A DNA stretch of 64,000 nt from a phage. Made by a program: the position numbers and the translations under genes. The notes under the pieces were generated by a model. The model was given only the letters and a program-made list of their open reading frames with translations, was not told the DNA's origin and did not search any database. Within the stretch, counting starts at the first letter, position 1. Every line of letters begins with the position of its first letter. Location: sequence record PZ445428.1. One strand, 5' to 3'. Positions 19,540 to 27,237 of the stretch are shown in pieces.

Positions 19540-19968
19540 TTAGGAGTTATTCCCATTGTTTTGAGCTTTTGCAATCTGACTCTGGCAGTAGCTGTTAAAC
19601 TTCCCCATGTAAGAGACAAGAAGCTTTCCATCCTCTGTTTTAGCGAATTCTTCGAAAAGGGACAATACGGCCTGTCCCTCAGCAGAAACTTGCTGTTGTT
19701 GAGGTTGTTGAACCTGCTGCTGTTGAGGCATTTGCATCTGCTGCTGAGGCTGCATTTGTTGAGGCATTTGCGGCTGCCCGCTCATTTGCTGCATCATCTG
19801 CATAGGGTTTACACTTCCAGGATTCTGCTGGAATTGCTGTTGCATATTCTGAGCTTCTGCCAAACGCTGTTGCAACTGCTGTAGGTAAGGGTTATCCAGA
19901 CCCGGAACGGGCTGCTGGGAGCCCATTGGTTGATTAAATCCGTTGTTTACAAAACCATATTTACTCAT
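19540..19968 (-). CDS. Gln/Pro/Met-rich low-complexity protein (142 aa)
   Basis: ORF track; GGAGGAG RBS; poly-Q/QQMQ repeats. Confidence 0.5.
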   Translation of the reverse strand: MSKYGFVNNGFNQPMGSQQPVPGLDNPYLQQLQQRLAEAQNMQQQFQQNPGSVNPMQMMQQMSGQPQMPQQMQPQQQMQMPQQQQVQQPQQQQVSAEGQAVLSLFEEFAKTEDGKLLVSYMGKFNSYCQSQIAKAQNNGNNS

Positions 19969-19989
19969 AATGGGCTCCTCCCCTTAATA

Positions 19990-20976
19990 TTAAGCTGGCA
20001 GCTTAGCTTGTAGGCCAGCCAGCGTCTGAGTGATAGCACCTAGGCTAACAGCGATCTGGTTGATTACCTGACCGTTTGCACCACTACCCTGAGCGATTGC
20101 TTCGCGTAGACGACATTCGTTCAGTTCGTCCTGGATACGCGCAGTAGTTACACCAGCGATCGCAGACTGAAGTTCACAGCAGCACTCAGCAATCTGACGT
20201 TCCAGAGAGTTCTGGTTAGCACACATCTGAGCCTGAACAGCGGCGAACTGGTTGTTTGTCTGGATAGACTGAGCAAAAGAGATCTGTGCAGCATCAAACT
20301 TGTCCTGTGCACGAGCGATCTGGTTAGCAGCGAAAGCTTGATCCATCTGACGAGAAAGATCGAACTGACCCTGAATAACGTTACGAGTTTCCTGACAGAT
20401 CTGGTTGGACAGGTTAGCACCAGTACCATACACAGTAGTCAGAATCTGTTGAGTGCTAGAAGCTTGAGCAGCACCTACACCATTAACAGCGTTTAGAACA
20501 GCACCAGTACCTTGATTTGCTTCAGTACGAGTAGTGTTGATTGCAGCTAGAATACTTGCAGTATCCTGGTTGGAAAGGATAGCGTCCACAGCAGTTCCCT
20601 CAGTGGCAACACCAGCACCACGACCTAAACCACCGAAACCACCGAATCCGCCTGTTAATAGAGCACCAATCAGGATAGCTCCGAATAGACCCATACCTTC
20701 ACCACCGAAAGCACCCTGTGCAGCAGCTGGGTAACCACCCATCAGACCTGGGAAGCCGCTAGTGAATACGTTTACTGGTTCTTGCATTTTATGTTTCCTA
20801 TGTTTATGACAGCCCTCATGGTCGTCATCTTCTTCATCGTCATCATCGTGATCACGATGTTTCTTTTCGTAGGCTTTGACCTTCTCCCACTTATGTTTGT
20901 CTGATTCCTCATGACGTCTCAGTTCTGCTGCGACTTCACTTACGGTCTCAGGTTTCTTAGTTACTTCATCTGTCAT
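19990..20976 (-). CDS. hypothetical protein with His/Asp-rich N-terminal segment and Gly-rich hydrophobic core
   Basis: ORF track 19990..20985, start moved to ATG at 20976 after AGGAGG RBS. Confidence 0.55.
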   Translation of the reverse strand: MTDEVTKKPETVSEVAAELRRHEESDKHKWEKVKAYEKKHRDHDDDDEEDDDHEGCHKHRKHKMQEPVNVFTSGFPGLMGGYPAAAQGAFGGEGMGLFGAILIGALLTGGFGGFGGLGRGAGVATEGTAVDAILSNQDTASILAAINTTRTEANQGTGAVLNAVNGVGAAQASSTQQILTTVYGTGANLSNQICQETRNVIQGQFDLSRQMDQAFAANQIARAQDKFDAAQISFAQSIQTNNQFAAVQAQMCANQNSLERQIAECCCELQSAIAGVTTARIQDELNECRLREAIAQGSGANGQVINQIAVSLGAITQTLAGLQAKLPA

Positions 20977-21182
20977 TTTTGACACCTCCTAGTATATAGA
21001 AAATGTGTGTCTCTTTGATCACTCATCCATAACATATACTTTACACTACCCCAGCGAAAATGTCAAGGGGTCTTTAAAAATTGCCCCCGGATTTTTATTG
21101 GGGTAATAATTTTGGGGTCTGCCCACTCACCTGCTACCCTTAAGTGCCCTACTATTTTCCTACAAAAAGTTTAAAAATTCGA

Positions 21183-21211
21183 TTGCTTGAACGCTAAATT
21201 CTCTGTATAAT
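21183..21211 (+). promoter_or_regulatory. early promoter cassette (-35 TTGCTT, -10 TATAAT)
   Basis: Hexamers with 17-bp spacer. Confidence 0.6.
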
Positions 21212-21242
21212 ATATTTATAAATTAATGAGAAGGAAGTAAAT

Positions 21243-21707
21243 ATGAACAAGTTCAAAGGCATTCGAGTTATTCCTTGTCTTATTCCTAAAACCTTCAAAA
21301 GATTCGCTGAATGGCGTGGTGATGAAGAAGAACTTAGTCATTGCTTCCATAAATATAAAGAAATAGAGTGTGAACCACGTTTCAATCGTCCAGGTCTTTA
21401 CATGGATCGTATTAACAAAGAAGCATGGTACGAACTAGAAATGCTTGATGGTACTATTCGAGCTTTCAGCACAGAATATGAGCATCAAGAATGGGTCTGG
21501 AAGTATAAGTACTCTCACGGTGATCGTATTCTGAACAAAGGCGAATATGAAGAAATGCGCCGTATGTTCCAACTATATAACGTGCCTCTAGAGCAGCAGC
21601 CAGATGTATACAGAGCTAGCCGTGAATACTGGCATGATAAAGCAATAGGACGAGATATGGAGTTGTGTTTACTTCGTTCTTCTAAACGAAAAGCTGAGAA
21701 GGAATAA
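21243..21707 (+). CDS. hypothetical protein (154 aa)
   Basis: ORF track. Confidence 0.55.
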   Translation: MNKFKGIRVIPCLIPKTFKRFAEWRGDEEELSHCFHKYKEIECEPRFNRPGLYMDRINKEAWYELEMLDGTIRAFSTEYEHQEWVWKYKYSHGDRILNKGEYEEMRRMFQLYNVPLEQQPDVYRASREYWHDKAIGRDMELCLLRSSKRKAEKE

Positions 21708-21712
21708 AAATA

Positions 21713-22003
21713 ATGAAACACTACGCAGAACGTGAAATTGATGAATTAGACTTTGCTGGCGGGTTTTATTCCACCCATGTTAGTGCTATGACCGCAGAAG
21801 GACTTAATTCTAAGTCGGCTATTGCGGCAGAATTAGCATTTCGTGATTTTACTATTGCTGAAATGCAAGAGCATATTATGCGACTAGAGAATCAGGTGGA
21901 TGAACTCCTGAAGCACAATGAGGAACTAGGTGAAGATCTCCATGAACTCACAGAAGAACGTGATACTCTTTACATGAAGTTAGCCGGTCATGAATCTTTT
22001 TAA
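21713..22003 (+). CDS. hypothetical protein (96 aa)
   Basis: ORF track. Confidence 0.5.
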   Translation: MKHYAEREIDELDFAGGFYSTHVSAMTAEGLNSKSAIAAELAFRDFTIAEMQEHIMRLENQVDELLKHNEELGEDLHELTEERDTLYMKLAGHESF

Positions 22004-22009
22004 ATTTAT

Positions 22010-22038
22010 TTGCTAAATAACTTGAATTTCTATATAAT
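22010..22038 (+). promoter_or_regulatory. early promoter cassette (-35 TTGCTA, -10 TATAAT)
   Basis: Hexamers with 17-bp spacer. Confidence 0.6.
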
Positions 22039-22068
22039 ATACTTATAAATTTGAGAGAGGAAGCAAAT

Positions 22069-23133
22069 ATGATTAAGACTGGTCTAGTAATTGGTAAATT
22101 CGCACCATTAACTCGTGGTCATATCAACCTTATTAATACTGCGGCGACAATGTGTGAGCGCGTTATCGTTGTAGTTAGCCACGACAATCGTTGGCTGGAT
22201 AAGCAAAACTCTAGGGATCAAGAAGTCCTACAGTTGAAGAATCGTTTACGATGGCTTGAGCAGACTTATGCAGATATTGAGCATGTGGAAATCCACGATC
22301 TTATCGAAGATGATATTCCTGAGTACCCTAATGGATGGGAAGCATATACCAAGATACTCCAGGAGTGTTATGGTATGTATCCTGAAATCACTATCTTTTC
22401 TAGTGAAATTGGGTATGATGCGGAGTACAAAAAGTATCTGCCAAACTTCGGCCATTATATTGTAGACTCGGAACGCACTCGTGTACCAATCTCTGCTACT
22501 ATGATTCGTGAGAATCTGATGAAGTATTGGGAGTTCCTGCCTAGCATAGTTCGTAAAGACTATGTTCGCAAGGTAGTTGTTATCGGTACTGAAAGCTCTG
22601 GCAAGACAACTTTAACAAAGTATCTTGCGAAGTTATATAATACTTCATGGGTTGAAGAGTATGGTCGTACATACTGTGAAGTTGACTTAGTAGGCAACGA
22701 AAGCCTACTGACTAGCGACGACTACACGAAGATTGCATTTAGGCACAAAGAGCTAGAGTTTGAAGCAGAATGTACTGCAAATAAGATCATGTTTGTGGAT
22801 ACCAATGCTTTCATTACTGAGTTCTACCATAGACTCTACGAACATCGTAAGAATCCTGTGGTTACGGCTATTGCGAAAGAAGAACATTACGATTTAGTTA
22901 TTGTTCTAGCACCTACTGTGAAGTGGGTAGATGATGGTTTACGTATTAACTCAGATCGTTCTATTACTTCAGAACTATTCGAGCAGATGAAGGAGGAGTT
23001 CCCTAACCAATTCCCAGAGGGACGCACTGTTTATATCGACTCACCGGACTACAAAGTTCGTATGGACGAAGCTGTAAATGCTGTAGACTGGTTAATTCAT
23101 TATGTTGACGCGGGAGCTATCCAATATGACTAA
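22069..23133 (+). CDS. nadR: NadR-like bifunctional NMN adenylyltransferase / ribosylnicotinamide kinase
   Basis: ORF track 22051..23133, start moved to ATG 22069; N-terminal nucleotidyltransferase motif GKFAPLTRGH and C-terminal Walker A GTESSGKTT. Confidence 0.65.
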   Translation: MIKTGLVIGKFAPLTRGHINLINTAATMCERVIVVVSHDNRWLDKQNSRDQEVLQLKNRLRWLEQTYADIEHVEIHDLIEDDIPEYPNGWEAYTKILQECYGMYPEITIFSSEIGYDAEYKKYLPNFGHYIVDSERTRVPISATMIRENLMKYWEFLPSIVRKDYVRKVVVIGTESSGKTTLTKYLAKLYNTSWVEEYGRTYCEVDLVGNESLLTSDDYTKIAFRHKELEFEAECTANKIMFVDTNAFITEFYHRLYEHRKNPVVTAIAKEEHYDLVIVLAPTVKWVDDGLRINSDRSITSELFEQMKEEFPNQFPEGRTVYIDSPDYKVRMDEAVNAVDWLIHYVDAGAIQYD

Positions 23134-23803
23134 TTATCTTGTAAATGACTTTAAAAACTGGAAACCTCTGGAATATCTGTGGCTGTTCATTGCAGTGGCC
23201 TTCATTAGTTTGGCTAACTATAATGGTACAGCACTAGATTGGGCAACAGCAATCACCAACGTTGTTTGTGTTATTCTGGTTGCAAAGGGGCGTGTTTCTA
23301 ACTATGTCTGGGGTTTGGTAGGTGTTCTGACCTACGGAATTACAGCTCTAAATGCTGATCTTTATGGTAACGCAGCGCTAAACCTGTTGTACTACGTCCC
23401 TATGCAGTTCTACGGAATGTACTTGTGGCATAAAAATAAGCCAAGTAATCTGCCGGATGTTCCAACTAAAGTTCTGACAAAAGCTCAAGCTTTGCTGACT
23501 CTAGGGATTTTAGCAGTAGCAACATTAGGTTATGGTAGTTTCCTTGCTACTACGGCTGATCCATTCCCAATGTTAGACGCATTTACCGCGGTTGGCAGTG
23601 TGATTGCTATGTGGCTTATGGTTAAGCAGTATGCTGAACAGTGGCTGATCTGGATTGCCATTAACTTTGGTACTGTGTACATCTGGCTTGTAACTGCCCA
23701 ATCTACGGGTGCATCTTACGCAATCCTGGCAATGTGGCTGGTATTCTTAGGTAACTCTATTATGGGAGCCTATAAAGGCTACTTTGTAAGAGTTAACAAG
23801 TAA
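23126..23803 (+). CDS. putative PnuC-like nicotinamide riboside transporter
   Basis: Multi-TM 226-aa ORF overlapping nadR-like stop (ATGACTAA); PnuC is the usual NadR partner (inference). Confidence 0.45.
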   Translation: MTNYLVNDFKNWKPLEYLWLFIAVAFISLANYNGTALDWATAITNVVCVILVAKGRVSNYVWGLVGVLTYGITALNADLYGNAALNLLYYVPMQFYGMYLWHKNKPSNLPDVPTKVLTKAQALLTLGILAVATLGYGSFLATTADPFPMLDAFTAVGSVIAMWLMVKQYAEQWLIWIAINFGTVYIWLVTAQSTGASYAILAMWLVFLGNSIMGAYKGYFVRVNK

Positions 23804-23813
23804 TTGAATTTAT

Positions 23814-23838
23814 AGCCCTCTACCTGAGGGCTATTATA
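23814..23838 (+). terminator. hairpin terminator
   Basis: AGCCCTC-tacct-GAGGGCT after stop codon; weak U-run. Confidence 0.4.
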
Positions 23839-23851
23839 CAGAAAATTTCAC

Positions 23852-23880
23852 TTGCTAATTGCCGAAATTTTCTGTATAAT
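23852..23880 (+). promoter_or_regulatory. early promoter cassette upstream of tRNA genes (-35 TTGCTA, -10 TATAAT)
   Basis: Hexamers with 17-bp spacer; next feature is a tRNA. Confidence 0.6.
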
Positions 23881-23894
23881 ATATTCATAAATTC

Positions 23895-23988
23895 GGAAGA
23901 TTAACCCTAAAGGTAAGGGAGTTGTTTGCTAAACAACCAGTAGCTGTGGAGACACGGTGTATCAGTTCGAGTCTGGTATCTTCCTCCA
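23895..23988 (+). tRNA. tRNA-Ser (anticodon GCT)
   Basis: Acceptor GGAAGAT/ATCTTCC, anticodon loop TTGCTAA, long variable arm, T-loop TTCGAGT, CCA encoded. Confidence 0.75.
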
Positions 23989-23995
23989 AATTCAT

Positions 23996-24073
23996 GGTTC
24001 CTTAGCTCAATCAGGTTAGAGCATTCCCCTCATAAGGGACAGGTTCTCGGATCATACCCGAGAGGAGCCACCA
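23996..24073 (+). tRNA. tRNA with CAT anticodon (Met/fMet/Ile2 class)
   Basis: Acceptor GGTTCCT/AGGAGCC, anticodon loop CTCATAA, atypical T-loop ATCATAC, CCA encoded. Confidence 0.55.
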
Positions 24074-24090
24074 ATTAACTAGGAGACTTT

Positions 24091-24279
24091 ATGTCTAAAT
24101 TCCAAGAACTAATGAGAGAGTTGGGTGAGCATCGCTGCAAGGATTGTTATGGGTCTGGAGAGCAAAACGATGCAGAGCCTGGAGATACTCGATTCAATAA
24201 GTGGACTTGTCCTACCTGCGAAGGTACAGGTATCAACCCTCTTTACACTATTTCTATCTACGTGGGAATTGCTAAATAA
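24091..24279 (+). CDS. small zinc-ribbon protein (62 aa)
   Basis: ORF track; AGGAG RBS; CKDC...CPTCEGTG Cys pairs. Confidence 0.5.
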   Translation: MSKFQELMRELGEHRCKDCYGSGEQNDAEPGDTRFNKWTCPTCEGTGINPLYTISIYVGIAK

Positions 24280-24617
24280 TGGATATTTTTACTACTCCAG
24301 CAGTCAACCTTTTAGGTGTAGGTCTGTTCCAAGCTACCATCTATCGTACTGATGATTCTACTGATGTGGTAATGTTCATCGTACCTGAATTCTTCCTAGA
24401 AAAGTTCTTTGAAGAGTTTGAGCAGTTCCGTGAAGAACATAATGCTCACTCCGATATGGAAGATCTAGCAGCTATGTTCCCTGCAGTTTACGGCTATATC
24501 TTTGAAAGTAATGGTCTGGATCTTAATAAATCTGAGCTGGTCGAACTTAATTGGGGAATTAGTTTTGAAGTTGGCTCTCCATTCCCCCGATACTTCCAGG
24601 GTTTAGAGATCCGCTAA
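24279..24617 (+). CDS. hypothetical protein (112 aa)
   Basis: ORF track. Confidence 0.5.
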   Translation: MDIFTTPAVNLLGVGLFQATIYRTDDSTDVVMFIVPEFFLEKFFEEFEQFREEHNAHSDMEDLAAMFPAVYGYIFESNGLDLNKSELVELNWGISFEVGSPFPRYFQGLEIR

Positions 24618-24625
24618 GATTACAT

Positions 24626-24702
24626 GGGGGTGTAATCGAATTGGCATAGGTACTGGACTTAAAATTCAGGTTTTGTGGGTTCGAATCCCACCACCCCTAC
24701 CA
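24626..24702 (+). tRNA. tRNA with TAA anticodon (Leu-like D-loop, short variable loop)
   Basis: Acceptor GGGGGTG/CACCCCT, anticodon stem CTGGA/TTCAG loop CTTAAAA, T-arm GTGGG-TTCGAAT-CCCAC, CCA encoded; D-arm imperfect. Confidence 0.5.
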
Positions 24703-24719
24703 AATAAAAGGAAACTGAT

Positions 24720-24887
24720 ATGTATCAGAGACCGTCACCACCAGCTCGAAGATCAAGAGAAACTCTTTTGATGGAGTTGGCGAAAAACTTCAAGGCTAAA
24801 CTTGAAGACGATAATTTTACTACAGATGAAGATATTGACTTCATTTGCAAACTATTAAAAATGAAATTGGAGAAAAAACATGGCTAA
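24720..24887 (+). CDS. hypothetical protein (55 aa)
   Basis: Hand-translated ORF below track cutoff; stop overlaps next ATG. Confidence 0.3.
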   Translation: MYQRPSPPARRSRETLLMELAKNFKAKLEDDNFTTDEDIDFICKLLKMKLEKKHG

Positions 24888-25086
24888 TCCAGAAGTAGTT
24901 ACACAGCGTTTGCTGATTAAAGGTGTAGTAGCTGAAGCAGGTCTTACCGAAGCTGTTGCAGATTTTCAGGCACAGTTCACAGCTATTCTCACCCAAGCTA
25001 AAGAAACTGGTGCGGAGGAGTATGCTGCTGCAACTCTAGCGCTCACGTTAGCTGGACTTGATCTGGCAGAAGAAGCCGGAGTTTAA
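24880..25086 (+). CDS. hypothetical protein (68 aa)
   Basis: ORF track. Confidence 0.45.
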   Translation: MANPEVVTQRLLIKGVVAEAGLTEAVADFQAQFTAILTQAKETGAEEYAAATLALTLAGLDLAEEAGV

Positions 25087-25116
25087 CTCCTCCAAGCAGA
25101 AATTTTAAAAATGTAC

Positions 25117-25146
25117 TTGCTTTTTACTTAAGATTTCTGCTATAAT
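25117..25146 (+). promoter_or_regulatory. early promoter cassette (-35 TTGCTT, -10 TATAAT)
   Basis: Hexamers with 18-bp spacer. Confidence 0.55.
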
Positions 25147-25175
25147 AGTTATATAAATTGATGAGAGGAATCAGA

Positions 25176-25451
25176 ATGTCAAAACGTGTTACAGCAACTG
25201 GTATTGAAAGCTCAGTATGTAAATCCTGGGGTGGTTGGGAAGGTGAGATTGAATGGCTTTATTTCTACAATGTAGAACTTCTGCCTGAAATTAAAGCCCA
25301 CTGTATCGAAGCTGGTATGTCTCCTGATGCTAAAGCAGATATCGAAATTACTATGACTAAACTAGAAGGTCGTGTAATTACTGTTAGTGATGAAGGTGAA
25401 GAGGTCTTCGAACTTCCATTCACCTTGAAAGTCACTCCTTCGTTTGATTAA
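25176..25451 (+). CDS. hypothetical protein
   Basis: ORF track 25158..25451; start moved to ATG 25176 after GAGAGGAA. Confidence 0.5.
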   Translation: MSKRVTATGIESSVCKSWGGWEGEIEWLYFYNVELLPEIKAHCIEAGMSPDAKADIEITMTKLEGRVITVSDEGEEVFELPFTLKVTPSFD

Positions 25452-25460
25452 CTGATACAG

Positions 25461-25499
25461 CACTGAGCAAGTTCTTTAAAATTTGACTTGCTCAGTGCC
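25461..25499 (+). terminator. 13-bp inverted repeat hairpin overlapping the next promoter -35
   Basis: GCACTGAGCAAGT...ACTTGCTCAGTGC, perfect stem. Confidence 0.5.
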
Positions 25500-25516
25500 T
25501 TAAAACTTGATATAAT
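25488..25516 (+). promoter_or_regulatory. early promoter cassette upstream of tRNA cluster (-10 TATAAT)
   Basis: TTGCTC / TATAAT with 17-bp spacer; -35 lies in the 3' arm of the upstream hairpin. Confidence 0.5.
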
Positions 25517-25641
25517 AGTTATCTAATTTGGAAAACATATCTGAATGAGAAGTAACTAAGCGAGTTGCTTTGAGGGGTAAGGTCAGGATAGCCTGAAATA
25601 TTCCACCTTGAGTTTAACCGACTTACTTTTCATTCAAATAT

Positions 25642-25732
25642 GTTGGATTAGTATCGTAGAGGTAGCGAAGCAGACTGTAAATCTGCCGACTCGGAAGGGT
25701 CTCGGGTGGTTCGACTCCATCATCCAACACCA
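25642..25732 (+). tRNA. tRNA-Tyr (anticodon GTA)
   Basis: Acceptor GTTGGAT/ATCCAAC, anticodon loop CTGTAAA, long variable arm, T-loop TTCGACT, CCA. Confidence 0.75.
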
Positions 25733-25740
25733 AATTTAAT

Positions 25741-25815
25741 GCACCTATCGTCTATCGGTTAGGACATCAGGTTTTCAACCTGAGAAGCTCGGTTCGATTC
25801 CGTGTGGGTGTACCA
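25741..25815 (+). tRNA. tRNA-Glu (anticodon TTC)
   Basis: Acceptor GCACCTA/TGGGTGT, anticodon stem TCAGG/CCTGA loop TTTTCAA, T-loop TTCGATT, CCA. Confidence 0.6.
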
Positions 25816-25822
25816 AATTAAT

Positions 25823-25899
25823 GTTCTGCTAGACAAACAGGTAAAGTCCCTACCCTTTCAAGGTAGGGTTTGCGGGTTCGATCCCCGCACAGAACGCCA
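25823..25899 (+). tRNA. tRNA with TTC anticodon (second Glu-type)
   Basis: Acceptor GTTCTGC/ACAGAAC (one mismatch), anticodon stem CTACC/GGTAG loop CTTTCAA, T-arm GCGGG-TTCGATC-CCCGC, CCA. Confidence 0.55.
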
Positions 25900-25907
25900 T
25901 ATTCTGC

Positions 25908-25984
25908 ATTCCTAGAGTGTTACTGGACAGCATGTCGGTCTCCAAAACCGTACGGTCTAGGTTCGAGTCCTAGTAGGTTTGCCA
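25908..25984 (+). tRNA. tRNA-Trp candidate (anticodon CCA)
   Basis: Anticodon loop CTCCAAA, T-arm CTAGG-TTCGAGT-CCTAG, CCA encoded; acceptor stem has two T-T mismatches. Confidence 0.4.
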
Positions 25985-25990
25985 ATATTT

Positions 25991-26065
25991 GCACCTTTAG
26001 CTGAGATGGATTAGCGCTTGCCTGAAGAGCTTGAGAGGTTGGATCGTTACCAACGGGGTGCACCA
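25991..26065 (+). tRNA. tRNA candidate (anticodon GAA, Phe?)
   Basis: Perfect acceptor GCACCTT/GGGGTGC and D-arm; anticodon stem imperfect, loop CTGAAGA; atypical T-loop ATCGTTA; CCA. Confidence 0.45.
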
Positions 26066-26082
26066 ATTTGAAGGAGATGCTG

Positions 26083-26355
26083 ATGCATCCTGAAAACTTC
26101 TTTATATACTGTACTAGTCCTTTGCTTAAACGCCGGATTAATAAAGTATATCACTACAGAGCTAGTCAACAGCCTTATATTTATGATTCTAGTGGAGATC
26201 ACATTCCACTTGAGCAACTAGGGACTGATTATATGGTTTTGAAGCACTTTAATGAGGCAAAGATCTCAAGCGTTCATAACCGACAAAACTCTAAAACGTG
26301 GTGGTATAAGAAGCGTAAGAAAGGCATCAAATTTCTGAAAAATGTAGTTGCTTAA
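26083..26355 (+). CDS. hypothetical basic protein
   Basis: ORF track 26068..26355; start moved to ATG about 6 nt after AAGGAG. Confidence 0.45.
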   Translation: MHPENFFIYCTSPLLKRRINKVYHYRASQQPYIYDSSGDHIPLEQLGTDYMVLKHFNEAKISSVHNRQNSKTWWYKKRKKGIKFLKNVVA

Positions 26356-26376
26356 ATCCTTAAAGTTCTGTATAAT
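26348..26376 (+). promoter_or_regulatory. early promoter cassette (-35 TTGCTT, -10 TATAAT)
   Basis: Hexamers with 17-bp spacer; -35 overlaps upstream stop codon. Confidence 0.55.
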
Positions 26377-26404
26377 TATTACATAAATTGAACTGGAGAA
26401 CTAG

Positions 26405-26593
26405 ATGAAAGCACCTAAACCGAAATTAGTTAAGTTCGACTGCTGTGACACTGAAATCTTATTTACTAAGTTTGGTGAATTTAAGATGTGTGAATGTGGA
26501 ACATGTGGTTACGATCATGGTGATGGATATTATTGCAGAACCCTCGGGCCTTCTGAACTAATCCACTTCTCATGGCCGGAAAGTAAAGAATAA
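26405..26593 (+). CDS. small Cys-rich protein (62 aa)
   Basis: ORF track; CCDT...CECGTCGYDHGDGYYC. Confidence 0.45.
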   Translation: MKAPKPKLVKFDCCDTEILFTKFGEFKMCECGTCGYDHGDGYYCRTLGPSELIHFSWPESKE

Positions 26594-26595
26594 TA

Positions 26596-26671
26596 CGACC
26601 GTTGGCTGAATGGCTTAGGCGGGGGCCTGCAAAACCTCCTTATGTGAGTTCGAATCTCATGCGGTCGTCCA
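26596..26671 (+). tRNA. tRNA-Cys (anticodon GCA)
   Basis: Acceptor CGACCGT/GCGGTCG, anticodon loop CTGCAAA, T-loop TTCGAAT, CCA. Confidence 0.6.
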
Positions 26672-26678
26672 AATTTAT

Positions 26679-26761
26679 GGGTCGTTAGCCAAGCGGTTTG
26701 GCGGTGGACTGTTAATCCATGTCGAAAGACAACGTAGGTTCGAATCCTGCACGGCCCGCCA
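26679..26761 (+). tRNA. tRNA with GTT (Asn) anticodon and 13-nt variable arm
   Basis: Acceptor GGGTCGT/ACGGCCC, D-stem GCCA/TGGC, anticodon stem GTGGA/TCCAT loop CTGTTAA, variable hairpin GTC-GAAA-GAC, T-loop TTCGAAT, CCA. Confidence 0.55.
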
Positions 26762-26789
26762 TTTTTCACTAAAAACTGAGGAAATAGAT

Positions 26790-26975
26790 ATGACAACTCA
26801 TGCAATTGCTCGACTAGAAGCTGATCGCGATAGTATTAAGAACAATATTAAAGTTCGTGATCAAATCATTAAGGTTTTAAAGGCAGAACTGCTTGAAGAA
26901 CTTCAACATCAAGTAGATCGTCGTGAGTCTTTAAAAGAAGTCGAGGAAGCTCTGTCTAAACTCAAAGCTGAATAA
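26790..26975 (+). CDS. hypothetical coiled-coil protein (61 aa)
   Basis: ORF track. Confidence 0.45.
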   Translation: MTTHAIARLEADRDSIKNNIKVRDQIIKVLKAELLEELQHQVDRRESLKEVEEALSKLKAE

Positions 26976-26984
26976 ACAAATTAT

Positions 26985-27061
26985 GCGATCGGGGCTGGCT
27001 TGGTAATGGTACTCCCCTGTCACGGGAGAGAATGTGGGTTCGAATCCCATCGGTCGCGCCA
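26985..27061 (+). tRNA. tRNA-Asp (anticodon GTC)
   Basis: Acceptor GCGATCG/CGGTCGC, anticodon stem CTCCC/GGGAG loop CTGTCAC, T-loop TTCGAAT, CCA. Confidence 0.7.
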
Positions 27062-27067
27062 AATTAT

Positions 27068-27143
27068 ACATCCATAGCTCAATGGTTAGAGCTACCGCCT
27101 CTTAAGCGGAGGGTTCTAGGTTCAAGTCCTAGTGGGTGTACCA
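27068..27143 (+). tRNA. tRNA-Lys (anticodon CTT)
   Basis: Acceptor ACATCCA/TGGGTGT, D-arm GCTC..GAGC, anticodon loop CTCTTAA, T-loop TTCAAGT, CCA. Confidence 0.65.
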
Positions 27144-27149
27144 AATACT

Positions 27150-27237
27150 GGGGTCTTAGCTAATCGGTTAAGCGTCATGGATAGCGGTGAATTCCGGCCT
27201 ATGAAGGGAGTAACACGTAGTCTCCCAGACTCCACCA
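27150..27237 (+). ncRNA. tRNA-like element (88 nt) with canonical acceptor and D-arm but no canonical T-loop
   Basis: GGGGTCT...AGACTCC-A-CCA acceptor pairing; D-arm GCT-AATCGGTTA-AGC; remainder does not fold as standard cloverleaf. Confidence 0.3.

Noticed and set aside
8156-20429. Assorted antisense ORFs in the early region (8156..8446, 9006..9347, 9372..9554, 10494..10676, 10955..11158, 11216..11398, 12102..12461, 12481..12672, 13625..13885, 14243..14815, 15266..15448, 15697..15942, 16073..16285, 18301..18903, 18876..19085, 18925..19344, 19561..19884, 20148..20429)
   Set aside because: Each is embedded antisense or out of frame within a longer, RBS-supported gene on the transcribed strand.
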